Under the pieces are notes generated by a model. That model was not told the DNA's origin, ran no database searches, and worked only from the letters and a program-made list of their open reading frames with translations. 64,000 nt of DNA from Candidatus Moanibacter sp. GTDB taxonomy: Bacteria > Verrucomicrobiota > Verrucomicrobiia > Opitutales > UBA2987. The position numbers and the translations under genes are program-made. The stretch spans positions 19,410 to 83,409 of the forward strand of contig CBDCEW010000036.1 of the NCBI GenBank assembly GCA_965215885.1, written 5' to 3'. Position 1 is the stretch's first letter. Every line of letters begins with the position of its first letter. Positions 1 through 10,913 of the stretch are shown in pieces.

Positions 1-630
1 GTCGAAACTTTCTCCTGTTTGCACCACCTCTTCAAGGCAGGTGGCGAAGCCTTCGCCGATTCTGGAACAGAAGCCTCGACGGGGCCAAAGCTCGTTTCAC
101 TGGACGGGAATTTTAATCATCCCGGCCTCTATGAGGCAGAGATGGGTACGCCGCTCGCCGAGCTTATTAATGAAATGGGTGGTGGATTCAGTGTGCCGGT
201 AAAGGCAATTCAGGTCGGGGGACCTCTTGGGGGAATCGTGCCGGTCGAGCGAATCGAAGACCTCACGCTTGATTTCGAATCTTTCAGTGAAAACGGTTTT
301 CTTCTCGGGCATGGCAGCATTGTCTGCATTCCGGAATCATTTCCCATTCTCAAGTATATCGAGCACCTCTTTGAGTTTACCGCTGCCGAATCGTGTGGAA
401 AATGCTTCCCTTGCCGGCTTGGGTCCGTGCGCGGACAGGAGCTTGTCGAGAAAGCGCGCACGAGCGATTATAAAATTGACCCGGAATTGATTACGGATTT
501 ATTGGATACTATGGAGATCACCTCCTTATGCGCCCTCGGAGGTGGCGTTCCTTTGCCGATCAGAAACGCATTGCACTATTTTAATGAGGAATTGCGGCCC
601 AATTTCCTGGAGAAAGAGGTAGCGACATGA
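1..630 (+). CDS. NADH-binding (NuoF/FdsB-like) beta subunit of NAD-dependent formate dehydrogenase, 5'-truncated by the window edge
   Basis: Open frame from base 1. Contains GPKLVSLDG, QVGGPLGG and the 4Fe-4S motif ESCGKCFPCR...SLCALG. Stop overlaps the FDH alpha start (ATGA). Confidence 0.9.
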   Translation, partial: VETFSCLHHLFKAGGEAFADSGTEASTGPKLVSLDGNFNHPGLYEAEMGTPLAELINEMGGGFSVPVKAIQVGGPLGGIVPVERIEDLTLDFESFSENGFLLGHGSIVCIPESFPILKYIEHLFEFTAAESCGKCFPCRLGSVRGQELVEKARTSDYKIDPELITDLLDTMEITSLCALGGGVPLPIRNALHYFNEELRPNFLEKEVAT

Positions 631-3431
631 TCAAGATTTACGAGGAATCGCAAGTTGCCCATATCGACGGTCAACCTTGCGAGATTGAAGAGGGTGAGAC
701 GATTCTTTCCTTTCTGGATCGGCACCGGGGCCGCGGCTATGTGCCTACCCTCTGCGATGCTCCGCAATTGGAGCCCTATGGCGCCTGCCGGGTCTGTTCC
801 GTAGAAATCGCTCTCGAAGCGGACGGACCACGGCGCGTAGTGGCGGCTTGCCACACTCCCTTGAGCGAGGGTCTTCATATCTTTGCGGAAACTAAGAAAA
901 TCCAGAGGCTGAGGCGGAACATTATCGAACTTGTATTGACGGACCACCCCTTGGACTGCCTCACCTGCGAGGTAAACGGGAATTGTGAACTTCAGACGGT
1001 CGCCGCTAAAGTAGGCGTTCGCGACGTTCGCTATCCGGAAGGCAGGAATCATCTCGATCGGGAAAAGGATCTGACACACCCCTATATGACGTCTGACCTC
1101 TCCAAGTGCATAAATTGCAACAGATGCGTTCGGGCGTGCGATGAAGTTCAAGGGCAGTTTGTCCTCAGTATGCACGGGCGGGGTTTCGAGAGTCGGATTA
1201 TCAAGGGTTTGGATTCCTCTTTCGCCGACTCCGATTGCGTTTCCTGCGGGGCCTGTTCCCAAGCTTGCCCAACTTCCGCCATATCCGACATTTTTCAATC
1301 CAAATCAATCGAGGCTACCTCTAAGATACGCACCGTCTGTACCTATTGCGGAGTGGGGTGCAACCTCGATGTCGCGGTCAAGAACAATGAGGTGCTTTCT
1401 ATCCAGGCGCCTCCGGACGCGGAGGTGAATCATGCGCATACTTGTTTGAAGGGACGTTACGCGTTTAAGTTCTATAACCATCCTGACAGACTGACTTCCC
1501 CGCTTATCAGACGTAATGGAAAGCTTGAGGAAGCGACCTGGGATGAGGCCTACGATACTATCGTTCAACGCCTGAAAGAGATTCGGACTCGTTCCGGTCC
1601 GGACGCGATTGCAGGAATTTCGTCAGCACGCTGCACAAATGAGGAAAATTACCTAATGCAGAAATTCATTAGGGCGGTAATCGGGACAAATAACATCGAT
1701 TGCTGCGCGCGCGTTTGCCACGCTCCCACTGCCTGGGGCATGCAACAGAGTTTCGGGACGGGCGCTGCCACGAACTCCACAAATGATTTGGAGAAGACCG
1801 ACATGTTCCTGCTCATCGGCGCGAACCCGACGCATGGCCACCCTGTTACCGGCGCGAGAATCAAGCAGCGGCTCATGAAGGGAGTTCCGATGATCATCAT
1901 CGATCCTCGAAAGATCGAATTGGCTCCTTATGCGACCTATCACTTGCAACTGCGCCCCGGGACGAATGTGGCGCTTCTCAATATGTTTGCCCACTTCATT
2001 ATCGAGGCGGGCCTGGTGGATGAAAACTTTGTGAGAGATCGCTGCGAGGAGTTCGAAGGCTTCCGCGAGAAGATACTGCAGTTGAATATCGACAACCTTG
2101 AACGGGTAACAGGGGTTGACCGCAACCTTGTTAGGGAAGCCGCTATCGCCTACGCTTCGGCGCCAAGAGCGATGAGTTTCCATGGTCTTGGCGTTACCGA
2201 GCATTCACAGGGAAGCCAGACTGTCATGCTCATTTCCAACATCGCCATGATGACCGGCAATATCGGGCGCGAAGGGGTCGGAGTAAATCCGCTGCGCGGC
2301 CAGAACAACGTCCAGGGCGCGGCCGACATGGGGGTGCAACCGCATCAGGGCGCCGGCTATTTGAACGTTACGCTCCCCGAAATCCAGGATCACTATGAAC
2401 GGGCTTATGGTGTTTCCGTCTCCAACGAAATTGGGTACAAGATTCCGCAGATGTTCGACGCCGCGAAAGAGAAGGACCTCAAAGCGCTCTGGATTGTCGG
2501 AGAGGATGTGGTTCAGACCGATCCCAATTCCGCTGAGGTGATCAAAGCGTTGGAGAGTCTCGATTTCCTCGTCGTTCAGGAGATATTCATGACGGTAACC
2601 GCGGAATACGCGGACGTGATACTGCCCGCCGCTTCCTTTCTTGAAAAGAGTGGGACTTTCACGAATGCCGAGCGCCGTGTCCAACGGGTCAATCGCGTTG
2701 TCGAACCGCTTTCGGGCACTAAACCCGATGGCCAGATCGTCGTCGAGATTATGAATCGTATGGGCTACACACAGCCCGACTACACGCCCGATGGCGTTCT
2801 TGATGAAATCTCAAAGGTCGTCCCGTTTTTTGAGGGGATTCGATGGGATGAACTCGGCGAAAACGGCAAACAGTGGCCCGTTTCTCAGGACGGTGTGGAC
2901 ACGCAGATTTTGCATCAGGAGACCTTTAAGCGAGGAAAGGGGAAATTTCACTTCTTCGATTGGCATGAGTCGTCCGAGATTGAGGAAAATCGCAGGGAAT
3001 ACCCTTTCATCCTGACCACCGGCCGAATATTGGAACACTATAATTGCGGTACCATGACTCGGCGGACCGGTAACCGGGATATTAACCCTGAGGATCTCCT
3101 CGCCATCAACCCGAGCGATGCCCGCGACAAGGGTATAGTGATGGGAGACAAAGTGCGTATGTTCTCGGCCCGCGGCGAGGTTCTCCTTCGCGCCAAGGTA
3201 TCCGACGAAGTGAAGCCGGGAATCTTGTGGGCCACCTTTCATTTCCCGGAACACCTTGTGAATCAGATCACGAGCGAGGAAAAAGATGAGGAGAGTCTCT
3301 GCCCCGAGTACAAAGTGAGTGCTGTCGATATCGAGAAGGTGGCGAATTCGAAAGTTCCGGAAATTCCCTCGGCCGCAACCACGAATATTCATGAAAAGGT
3401 TCCCGCGGCCGTTCCCGGCGGAGGCGGCTGA
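627..3431 (+). CDS. fdhF: Formate dehydrogenase alpha subunit (Mo/W-bis-PGD, Cys ligand)
   Basis: N-terminal 2Fe-2S and HxxxCxxC clusters, two 4Fe-4S motifs, CTYCGVGC, active-site CARVCH, PLRGQNNVQG, C-terminal molydopterin-binding domain ending CPEYKV. Confidence 0.93.
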   Translation: MIKIYEESQVAHIDGQPCEIEEGETILSFLDRHRGRGYVPTLCDAPQLEPYGACRVCSVEIALEADGPRRVVAACHTPLSEGLHIFAETKKIQRLRRNIIELVLTDHPLDCLTCEVNGNCELQTVAAKVGVRDVRYPEGRNHLDREKDLTHPYMTSDLSKCINCNRCVRACDEVQGQFVLSMHGRGFESRIIKGLDSSFADSDCVSCGACSQACPTSAISDIFQSKSIEATSKIRTVCTYCGVGCNLDVAVKNNEVLSIQAPPDAEVNHAHTCLKGRYAFKFYNHPDRLTSPLIRRNGKLEEATWDEAYDTIVQRLKEIRTRSGPDAIAGISSARCTNEENYLMQKFIRAVIGTNNIDCCARVCHAPTAWGMQQSFGTGAATNSTNDLEKTDMFLLIGANPTHGHPVTGARIKQRLMKGVPMIIIDPRKIELAPYATYHLQLRPGTNVALLNMFAHFIIEAGLVDENFVRDRCEEFEGFREKILQLNIDNLERVTGVDRNLVREAAIAYASAPRAMSFHGLGVTEHSQGSQTVMLISNIAMMTGNIGREGVGVNPLRGQNNVQGAADMGVQPHQGAGYLNVTLPEIQDHYERAYGVSVSNEIGYKIPQMFDAAKEKDLKALWIVGEDVVQTDPNSAEVIKALESLDFLVVQEIFMTVTAEYADVILPAASFLEKSGTFTNAERRVQRVNRVVEPLSGTKPDGQIVVEIMNRMGYTQPDYTPDGVLDEISKVVPFFEGIRWDELGENGKQWPVSQDGVDTQILHQETFKRGKGKFHFFDWHESSEIEENRREYPFILTTGRILEHYNCGTMTRRTGNRDINPEDLLAINPSDARDKGIVMGDKVRMFSARGEVLLRAKVSDEVKPGILWATFHFPEHLVNQITSEEKDEESLCPEYKVSAVDIEKVANSKVPEIPSAATTNIHEKVPAAVPGGGG

Positions 3432-3479
3432 TTCCCAGCCTAGTCAAGTTCAAAACATAATTTTTGAGAAGAGAATTAA

Positions 3480-4842
3480 AATAAGGGACAGTCTTAATAT
3501 CCTATTTCTGTTAACATCGAAACGAAAATTATCAGCATAAATAATCATGCGAAAATCTAGATTGAAGATAATTGGCCGTAGTGCCGTGTATCATTGCATG
3601 ACGCGGACGGTGAATAAGGAAAGTCTGATCGATCGGGTGGCGAAGGAAGTCTTGCGCAAGGAGCTCTGGCAGATTGCCGACTTCAGCGGAGTGGAGGTGA
3701 TTACTTATTGCATTATGAGTAGTCATTTCCACGTCATGGTACGGATTCCCGACCGGGAGAGCGTGATGATATCCGACAAAGAGTTGATGCGACGATATCG
3801 GGTGCTGTATCCGATGCCAACAGCCTATCAGCAGGCCGATGCCAAGGTTTTGGAGATGAAGCTGTTAGAAGATGGAGAGGATGCAAAGGAACTGAGGAAA
3901 CAGCTCCTGGAGCGGATGCATGATGTCTCCCAGTTTATGAAAACCCTCAAGCAACGTTTTTCGATCTGGTATAATCGGTCACATAACCGTGTGGGGACGC
4001 TGTGGAGTGAACGGTTCAAGAGTACTTTGGTAGAGGGGACGGATGCGGCGATGCGGATAGCAGCAGCGTATATTGATCTAAATCCGGTTCGGGCCAAGAT
4101 CGTGAAAGACCCTAAGGAATACCGGTGGAGTGGGTATGGAGAAGCGATGGGCGGTTCTGCCGATGCGCGCCAGGGAATCTGTGAGAGCATTCGGCGTTTT
4201 GATGGTGAAGAACTGAGCTGGAGAAAGGCTGCGAGTGAGTATCGCAAGTTGCTCTATTGCAAGGGAGCGTCACCGTCACCAAGTGGAGGCGCCAAAATCG
4301 CCGATGATGAATGGAGAAGGGTGATAGAAGCGGGGGGTAAAGTGCCGGTAGCAGCGGCGTTGCGCTGCCGGGTGCGATATTTTACGGATGGAGCGGTGCT
4401 CGGCTCGGAGGAGTTCGTGCAGGGCATTTTTGAGGAATTCCGAAGCCAGTTTGGAGCAAAACGGAAGAGCGGCCCCAGGCGGATGAAAGGCAGCGACTGG
4501 GAGGGCTTAACCGTGCTGCGAGATCTCCGTCGGGAGGTATTCGGGTAGGAATTCGCGTGTGCCCGCGGATTCCTGGAGATTTCGCGGCGCGAAATGGAGA
4601 CGGATCGTAGCCAGAGATCGTCAACTTGAGATTCGACGTCGTACCTGCAGCTTGATTTGGGCAATTTTCCCGGCCTGGACGCGGTACGGAAGTGCGGGGA
4701 TATGCCACGCAGTGTGGTTTACCTGGATTGGTGTCTCGTTGTGGGGCTCGATACGAAACCAAATTCGGCAATCATATTAGCCATGGATGTATAGCGAGCG
4801 AGTTACGGAAAGGTAGATAGTATAGATTACCTGTCCCTTATT
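3480..4842 (+). mobile_element. RAYT-like element 1 bounded by 12-bp inverted repeats
   Basis: AATAAGGGACAG (3480-3491) and CTGTCCCTTATT (4831-4842) bracket the HUH transposase gene and about 280 bp of non-coding tail. Confidence 0.55.
3547..4548 (+). CDS. REP-associated tyrosine transposase-like (RAYT, Y1 HUH) protein
   Basis: YHCMTR, YCIMSSHFHVMV (HUH), GTLWSERFKS, YIDLNPVRA, YRWSGY. Paralog at 50449-51432. Confidence 0.88.
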   Translation: MRKSRLKIIGRSAVYHCMTRTVNKESLIDRVAKEVLRKELWQIADFSGVEVITYCIMSSHFHVMVRIPDRESVMISDKELMRRYRVLYPMPTAYQQADAKVLEMKLLEDGEDAKELRKQLLERMHDVSQFMKTLKQRFSIWYNRSHNRVGTLWSERFKSTLVEGTDAAMRIAAAYIDLNPVRAKIVKDPKEYRWSGYGEAMGGSADARQGICESIRRFDGEELSWRKAASEYRKLLYCKGASPSPSGGAKIADDEWRRVIEAGGKVPVAAALRCRVRYFTDGAVLGSEEFVQGIFEEFRSQFGAKRKSGPRRMKGSDWEGLTVLRDLRREVFG

Positions 4843-5027
4843 AATACAGGTACCTGGTTACGGTCCGATCAGTTTCCCGCTGTACCTTTTGATCAGCACG
4901 TTCCAGCACCGCAACTTTTCCTATTGATCGGGGTTAATTGAGATTCGACCTGAGGGGAGGTTTCGTGGTAAGATCCTACGCTTCGTTCGGGAAAGGGCCC
5001 GTCAAGGCCAATTAATCACAATTGAAG

Positions 5028-6491
5028 ATGCTCGATCCTTTATCTGACAACCAGTGGACGCGGCGGCACGCGGACCATCTGTTGAGCCGAGCCGGTTTTG
5101 GCGGTTCTCCGTAGGCGAGGGAGGAACTTTACCAACTGGGTCGAAATGAGGGCGTGGCGGCGGCGGTCGATTCGTTTGTGGAACCGACGGAAGATTGGAG
5201 CGAGTTTCCCTTTCCCGATTGGGTCCTCAATGAGCAAGAGAATCTCGATAAACGGCGTCTCGTCGGAATCCTGGAGTTCGTAGGCTGGTACCTCGAACAG
5301 ATGCGCTTTGGCGGGCAGTTGTCGGCAAAGCTCTTGAAATTCTTTGTCGACCATTTCCCGGTCGATTTTGGGACTATCCAAAACGATGCCCGCTTGCTCT
5401 ACTTTTTCCAATATTTCGATCTCCTGCGGCGATTTTCCGGAGGTGATGTCGATAGCGACGGGGTGCGCGACAATTTTCAAGAGCTGGTGAGAGAGGTCTC
5501 CTGGGCCCCGGCCATGATTCGCATGCTCGATCTCTACCGAAGTGACGCGAGAGAGGTAAATGAAAACTTCGCCCGCGAACTGATGGAGCTTTTCACTCTC
5601 GGGGTCGATGGCGGCTATACCGAGCAGGACGTTGCGGCTGCTTCAGCGGCATTCACGGGGCGAAAACTTCGGCGCGAATGGCCCTATGAGGCGTATCAAG
5701 TCGAACGCCAGCAGGACGACAGCGAGAAGAGTCTACTTGGGGCTACGATTGTCGATGGGGATGATGCCATCGACGTCATATTCGGTACTGGCAAATGCTC
5801 CTACCACACGTGTTGGAAGCTTTGGCGCTACTTTGTCGCACCTGAACCGGATGACACTCTTCTCCAGGAGCTGGCCGTGCGTTTCAAAGACGATTACGAT
5901 TACAGGCTGCGACCCCTTCTTAGAGACATTTTTCTAAGTGAGGAATTCTTCGATCCTGAAGCCACAGGCAGACAGATAAAGGATCCTGTCGATTATGTAC
6001 TGAACGCCTCCCTCTCTCTCGAGACCGACGTTCTGCCCATGGCCACCATGAGTCTCACCCTGGGCGCGCTTGGGTATCAGCCGATGTTTCCACCCACCAT
6101 CGCGGGTTGGCCTGAACCGATTGGGGACGGGAACCAGTGGCTCTCTACCGGCGCGATGATGGGGAGGCTCAACCTACCCGGATTGTGGAGCCATAAGAAT
6201 TATCGGTTATTGAATGAGCGCAGATTGATTCGCAACTTTCACGAAGAAGATCTGCAACCGGACATTGATTTTGATCGCGTGATCCCACCCCAGTTGCGCA
6301 GCCGGGAGAACTTTAATCTGATGATTACGGAAGTCTCCCAGCGTCTACTTCCCTTTCACCGGATTCGGGGCAGCCAGGTGAGAGGCCTATATGAGCAGTT
6401 TGTCGAGGTGGAGGACCGTTTTGGAAATCTCGAGGCGATAATGGAGATGGTGCGGCTTGTCATGGCTTTGCCCGAATTCCAACTACACTGA
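5028..6491 (+). pseudogene. DUF1800 family protein, copy 1, with in-frame TAG at codon 29
   Basis: ATG at 5028 gives MLDPLSDNQWTRRHADHLLSRAGFGGSP*ARE, colinear with the paralog. TAG at 5112-5114. Contains NENFARELMELFTLG and GYTEQDV motifs. Confidence 0.8.
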
Positions 6492-7821
6492 GAGAGTGTA
6501 TTATTTTGAATCCATTCGTCATTTCCAATGTATCTAATTGAAAAGTATAGAAGTATGCTCGATCCACTTCCGCAGTCGCAGTGGTCGCGTCGTAGCGCGG
6601 ACCATTTACTAAGTAGGGTCGCCTTTGGCGGTTCTCCCGATGAGCGCGAACAGGTTTATAGACTGGGACTTGGCGCTGGGGTGGAAACTGTGGTCGATGC
6701 CCTTGTCGATCCGGTTGAGGAATGGAGTCACTTTCCCATACCGGAGTGGGTTCTAAATGAGGAAGGGTCCAGGGAATTCGATTTCTTTGAAGGAGTTATC
6801 TGGATGAACTCCTGGTACTTTATTCAGATGAGTTACGCTCAACCCGTGGCGGCGAAGATGTTCAAATTCTTCGTCGATCACTTCCCGGTCGATTTCTCTA
6901 CTATCGAAGAGGGCGTAGGTTTCGTCTTTCTCTTCAAATACTTCGATCTTTTGCGGTCCTATTCGATGGGCGATTTCAAGGAGCTTGTGGAAAATGTCTC
7001 CTGGTCCGGTGCGATGGTGAGTATGCTCGACCTCTACGAAAGCGACGTCGGAGAGGTAAATGAGAATTTCGCGCGTGAGCTCATGGAACTCTTCACTCTC
7101 GGAGTCGATGGAGGCTATACAGAACAGGACGTGGCCGCCGCCGCCGCAGCCTTCACGGGGCGGAAGTTCGGAGAGGATTGGCCGCATGACCCCGTTCAGA
7201 TAGTCGAGCTCCAGGACCAATCGGAGAAGCAGTTGCTTGGCGCCACAATCGTCTCGGGACAGGATGCGATTGATGTGATTTTCGATAATATCCAGTGTGC
7301 CTACCACACGTGCTGGAAAATCTGGCGATATTTCGTCGCTCCCGATCCGCAGGAGGAATTACTTCAGACTTTGGCCGATCGGTTCAAGAATCTACACGGA
7401 TATCAGATCCGTCCCCTCCTCAAGGACATCTTCCTCAGTGAGGGATTTTACAATTCCGATGGTGTCGGAAAGCAAATCAGTGATCCGGTCGATTACCTGA
7501 TATCATCCTCCAAGGCACTCGAGAGCGAACACTTGCCGAGTTTAACCGCCCTCTTTGCAATGGGCCAGATGGGCCAGGATATTATGTTTCCTCCCTCCAT
7601 CGCGGGCTGGCCCGAACCTGTCGGGGAGGGAAACGAGTGGCTCTCTACCAGTGCCATGCTGCACCGTTTGAATATGCCAAGTATCTGGAGCCACAAGAAT
7701 ATCTCCATTTTTGATCACGGATACCTTATTGAGGAGTTTGGGGAAGTTAAAGAGCTGCCGGAGATACAAATGGACAGAATCGCTCCCCGACAATTGCGGA
7801 CAAGAGAGAATTTCAATTTAT

Positions 7822-9304
7822 GGGTCTACAGCAGAATCTGTGGGTGGGTAACGTCGCTTACAAGAGGAAATAGAGTCGGTGAGCACAAGGAGAAGTCAGG
7901 GCGCTGCCCTGAATCCCGCTCCTCCACAGCCGGAGGGGCTGGTCGGTGTTTTCTTTGCATATGGGATTGAAAGGTTGAAGCACCGGGCCGTTCCGAGGAT
8001 GAAAGTAGTACCGAAAATACATCCTGAACACGGAGGACCCAGTGCTCATCAAAACGCTACTGAATCGGTGCTATTGGCTCAAGAGCTTTGTTTACGCAAA
8101 GGCGAGTATGGAAATGGTGAAATCGGAGGAGGCGATTGTGGTGCAGATTGAGCCGCGCAAGAATAGTCGGGTGTGCTGTTCGGGGTGTGGCCGGACGGCC
8201 AGCGGCTACGACCACATGAGCGAGGCGAGGCATTTTGAATTTGTGCCCTTGTGGGGGATGAAGGTGTATTTTCGTTACCGCATGCGGCGGGTCAATTGCC
8301 GGCGGTGCGGGGTGAAGGTCGAAGAGGTGCCCTGGGCCAAGGGCAAGAGTCATCTGAGTTGGCCAATGCAATGGTTTCTGGCCCAGTGGGCGAGGCGCTT
8401 GAGCTGGGAAGAGACGGCAAGGGTTTTTCGCACGAACTGGCGCAACGTCTTCGAGTCGGTCGAGGCGATGGTGCGTTGGGGGCTCAAACGGCGCGATATG
8501 AGCGGGATTGAGGCGATCGGAGTCGATGAGGTGCAGTATCATCGAGGCCATCACTATCTCACCGTGGTCTACCAGCTTGACGAGGGGCGGCGGCGGCTAT
8601 TGGGCGTATTCAATAAGCGCAACGTAAAATCGCTCTTGCGTTTTTTCTGGGAATTGGGAGCGCAAAAGAGCAGCCAGATCCTCTACGTCTGCTCGGATCT
8701 GTGGAAGCCTTACCTCAAAGTGATCAAGAAAAAGGCACCCCAGGCGCTGCACATCCTCGATCGCTTCCACTTGGTAGCCAACCTGAACAAGGCCCTCAAT
8801 GAGATTCGTGCTGCGGAAGCCAGGCGATTGCAACGGGACGGCTACATCAACGTGCTGGTCAAAAGCAAATACTGTTTCTTCAAAAATCCGCAAAATCTCA
8901 CCCCCACCCAACAGATCCGCCTCAAGGAGGTGCTCCAATACGATCTGAAGAGCGTGCGGGCCTATCTACTAAAGGAGAGCTTTCAGCTCTTGTGGCATTA
9001 TAAAAGTCCCTACTGGGCCCAATGGTATCTGAAAAAATGGTGCACGCGCGCCATGCGTTCGCGCCTCAAACCGATCAAAAGGTTCGTGCGCTCGGTGCGC
9101 AAACACGAGCCGCTCATCCTCAACTGGTTTCGGGCCAAAAAGGCCTTTTCCTGCGGCATTGTGGAGGGCTTTAACCGCAATATAAATCTCACTATCAGAA
9201 AAGCATACGGCTTTAAGAGCTTCGAAGTGCTTAAGATCGCCCTATTTCATACCATGGGCGACTTGCCTGAACCCGAAATAACCCACAGATTCTGCTGACG
9301 AGGC
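7822..9304 (+). mobile_element. ISL3-family insertion sequence
   Basis: IRs GGGTCTACAGCAGAATCTGTGGG / GCCTCGTCAGCAGAATCTGTGGG (reverse complement). 8-bp target duplication CAATTTAT at 7814-7821 and 9305-9312. Confidence 0.93.
8042..9298 (+). CDS. ISL3-family transposase
   Basis: N-terminal zinc finger (CSGCG...CRRCG), IGVDE, CSDLW, LDRFH, VEGFN...AYGF. Confidence 0.93.
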   Translation: MLIKTLLNRCYWLKSFVYAKASMEMVKSEEAIVVQIEPRKNSRVCCSGCGRTASGYDHMSEARHFEFVPLWGMKVYFRYRMRRVNCRRCGVKVEEVPWAKGKSHLSWPMQWFLAQWARRLSWEETARVFRTNWRNVFESVEAMVRWGLKRRDMSGIEAIGVDEVQYHRGHHYLTVVYQLDEGRRRLLGVFNKRNVKSLLRFFWELGAQKSSQILYVCSDLWKPYLKVIKKKAPQALHILDRFHLVANLNKALNEIRAAEARRLQRDGYINVLVKSKYCFFKNPQNLTPTQQIRLKEVLQYDLKSVRAYLLKESFQLLWHYKSPYWAQWYLKKWCTRAMRSRLKPIKRFVRSVRKHEPLILNWFRAKKAFSCGIVEGFNRNINLTIRKAYGFKSFEVLKIALFHTMGDLPEPEITHRFC

Positions 9305-9499
9305 CAATTTATTAATCAATCGTCTGGCCGATCGGCTGATGCCTTTTCATCGGCTGAGGGGCAGTCAGGTGCGCGTCCTCTTCGAACGCTATGTTGAAGT
9401 GGAAGTGAAGGATGGAAATCTCGAGGCTATTAAAGAGGTAGTCCGCCTGCTCATGTCTCTTCCTGAATATCAGATGCAGTAATATCAGATTCTTCTATT

Positions 9500-10888
9500 A
9501 TGAAACGATCGACTCAGTTTCTTGATCGGGGTTTATCTCGCAGAGAATTCTTAAAGCGCTCGCTTGTGGGAGCGGCAGCCGGCTACACGATTCCTTCTTT
9601 TCTGGGAAACACATTTTTTCAGATTGACGCCCATGCACAGGGTTTTCCTCCCACAGAGGGCGATGGACCGATATTGGTGATAATGCAGATGGCGGGTGGC
9701 AACGATAGTCTCAATACCGTAATTCCCTTTGAGAATGACATATATGTCGGAGCGCGATCGAGCCTCCGCTTTACCGAAGAAGACGGTATCCTTAAACTCG
9801 ATACCGCCGCCCCCAGTGTAACGGGAGAAAGCGAAAATGTCGCCCTCCATCCTAATCTGAGCCAATTCAATGAGATTTGGAATGACGGCAATATGGCGAT
9901 TGTTAATGGGGTGGGGTACCCGAACCCCAATCTCTCCCATTTCACTTCCTTTGACTATTACCATACGGCGCGCCCGAACGAACCTGTTCAGGACGGTTGG
10001 TTGGGACGTTTTTTCGACCATCAATGCTCCGGCTGCGAACCAACCACGGCGATTAACTTTTCGGAACGGCCGACTCTGGCTATGCATTCCCAGGAGGCGT
10101 CCAATGCCAGCATCGCGGTAAGCGATCCGGCCAATTTTACCTGGCGGGATTTGGAAAGTGATGAACGCGATATCCACCTTGAGGATCTCTACCGCCGTTT
10201 GGTCGGTCTCGATCATCCGGTAGACAGCGGTCTCGATCTAAACGATGAGACGTTGGCCTATGTACAGCGTGCAGCGCACAGCGCCATGATCAGTTCGCGG
10301 TCGGTGCAGTTGGCCTTGGACGGCTCTTCAGGACCGGCGTTTCCACTCTACCAGAACTGGCCCGAGACGCGGCTGGCAAATGACTTTCGGAACATCGCTG
10401 CGTTGATTTACGGAGGCCTCAACACGAGCATTTACTACGTTAATCAAGGTGGATACGACACGCACAACAATCAAGTCGTTGGGGCATCGCCCTTAGAGGG
10501 AAGACACGCGGACCTCCTTGAGGAACTCGACGGTGCCATCGGCGCCTTTGTCGCGGAGATGAAGGCACAGGGTAACTGGGATCGTGTCTTGATCATGACT
10601 TTCAGCGAATTTGGGCGAAAAGTCATAGAAAATGGCGCAAGTGGTACGGATCACGGCGCGGCTGAGACGCTCTTCGTTTTAGGCGGAAATGTCGTGCCTG
10701 GTTACTTCGGTGAGCTGCCCGATCTATCAGAGCAGGCGCGGATTAAGAACCACAGTCTGCAACACAACGTCGATTTCAGACGTGTCTACCGTACTGTGCT
10801 GGAGAATTGGCTCGGCGCGCCACCCAGCGCCATGTCCCAGATCTTTCCCTCACAGCCCAGTAATTTCGACCTGATTGGATTCGTTTGA
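9500..10888 (+). CDS. DUF1501 domain protein with twin-arginine signal
   Basis: SRREFLK Tat motif, GGNDSLNTVIP, GVGYPNPNLSHF, GGYDTH, FSEFGR, GTDHG. Usual partner of DUF1800. Confidence 0.9.
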   Translation: MKRSTQFLDRGLSRREFLKRSLVGAAAGYTIPSFLGNTFFQIDAHAQGFPPTEGDGPILVIMQMAGGNDSLNTVIPFENDIYVGARSSLRFTEEDGILKLDTAAPSVTGESENVALHPNLSQFNEIWNDGNMAIVNGVGYPNPNLSHFTSFDYYHTARPNEPVQDGWLGRFFDHQCSGCEPTTAINFSERPTLAMHSQEASNASIAVSDPANFTWRDLESDERDIHLEDLYRRLVGLDHPVDSGLDLNDETLAYVQRAAHSAMISSRSVQLALDGSSGPAFPLYQNWPETRLANDFRNIAALIYGGLNTSIYYVNQGGYDTHNNQVVGASPLEGRHADLLEELDGAIGAFVAEMKAQGNWDRVLIMTFSEFGRKVIENGASGTDHGAAETLFVLGGNVVPGYFGELPDLSEQARIKNHSLQHNVDFRRVYRTVLENWLGAPPSAMSQIFPSQPSNFDLIGFV

Positions 10889-10913
10889 TGAGCGACTTGA
10901 AATTTGCCAAGAA

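Larger units (their letters stand above)
6555..9482 (+). pseudogene. DUF1800 family protein, copy 2, interrupted by ISL3
   Basis: Same DUF1800 motifs. Removing 7822-9312 restores ...ENFNLLINRLADRLMPFHRLRGSQVR...LPEYQMQ* (TAA 9480-9482), matching the C-terminus of copy 1. Confidence 0.88.

Noticed and set aside
1700..1730. Selenocysteine in formate dehydrogenase
   Set aside because: The active site reads CARVCH with a Cys codon, and there is no in-frame TGA.
5112..5114. Genome-wide TAG reassignment or pyrrolysine
   Set aside because: TAG ends other genes at homologous positions (RAYT 1 TAG versus RAYT 2 TAA), and no pyl genes are present in the window.
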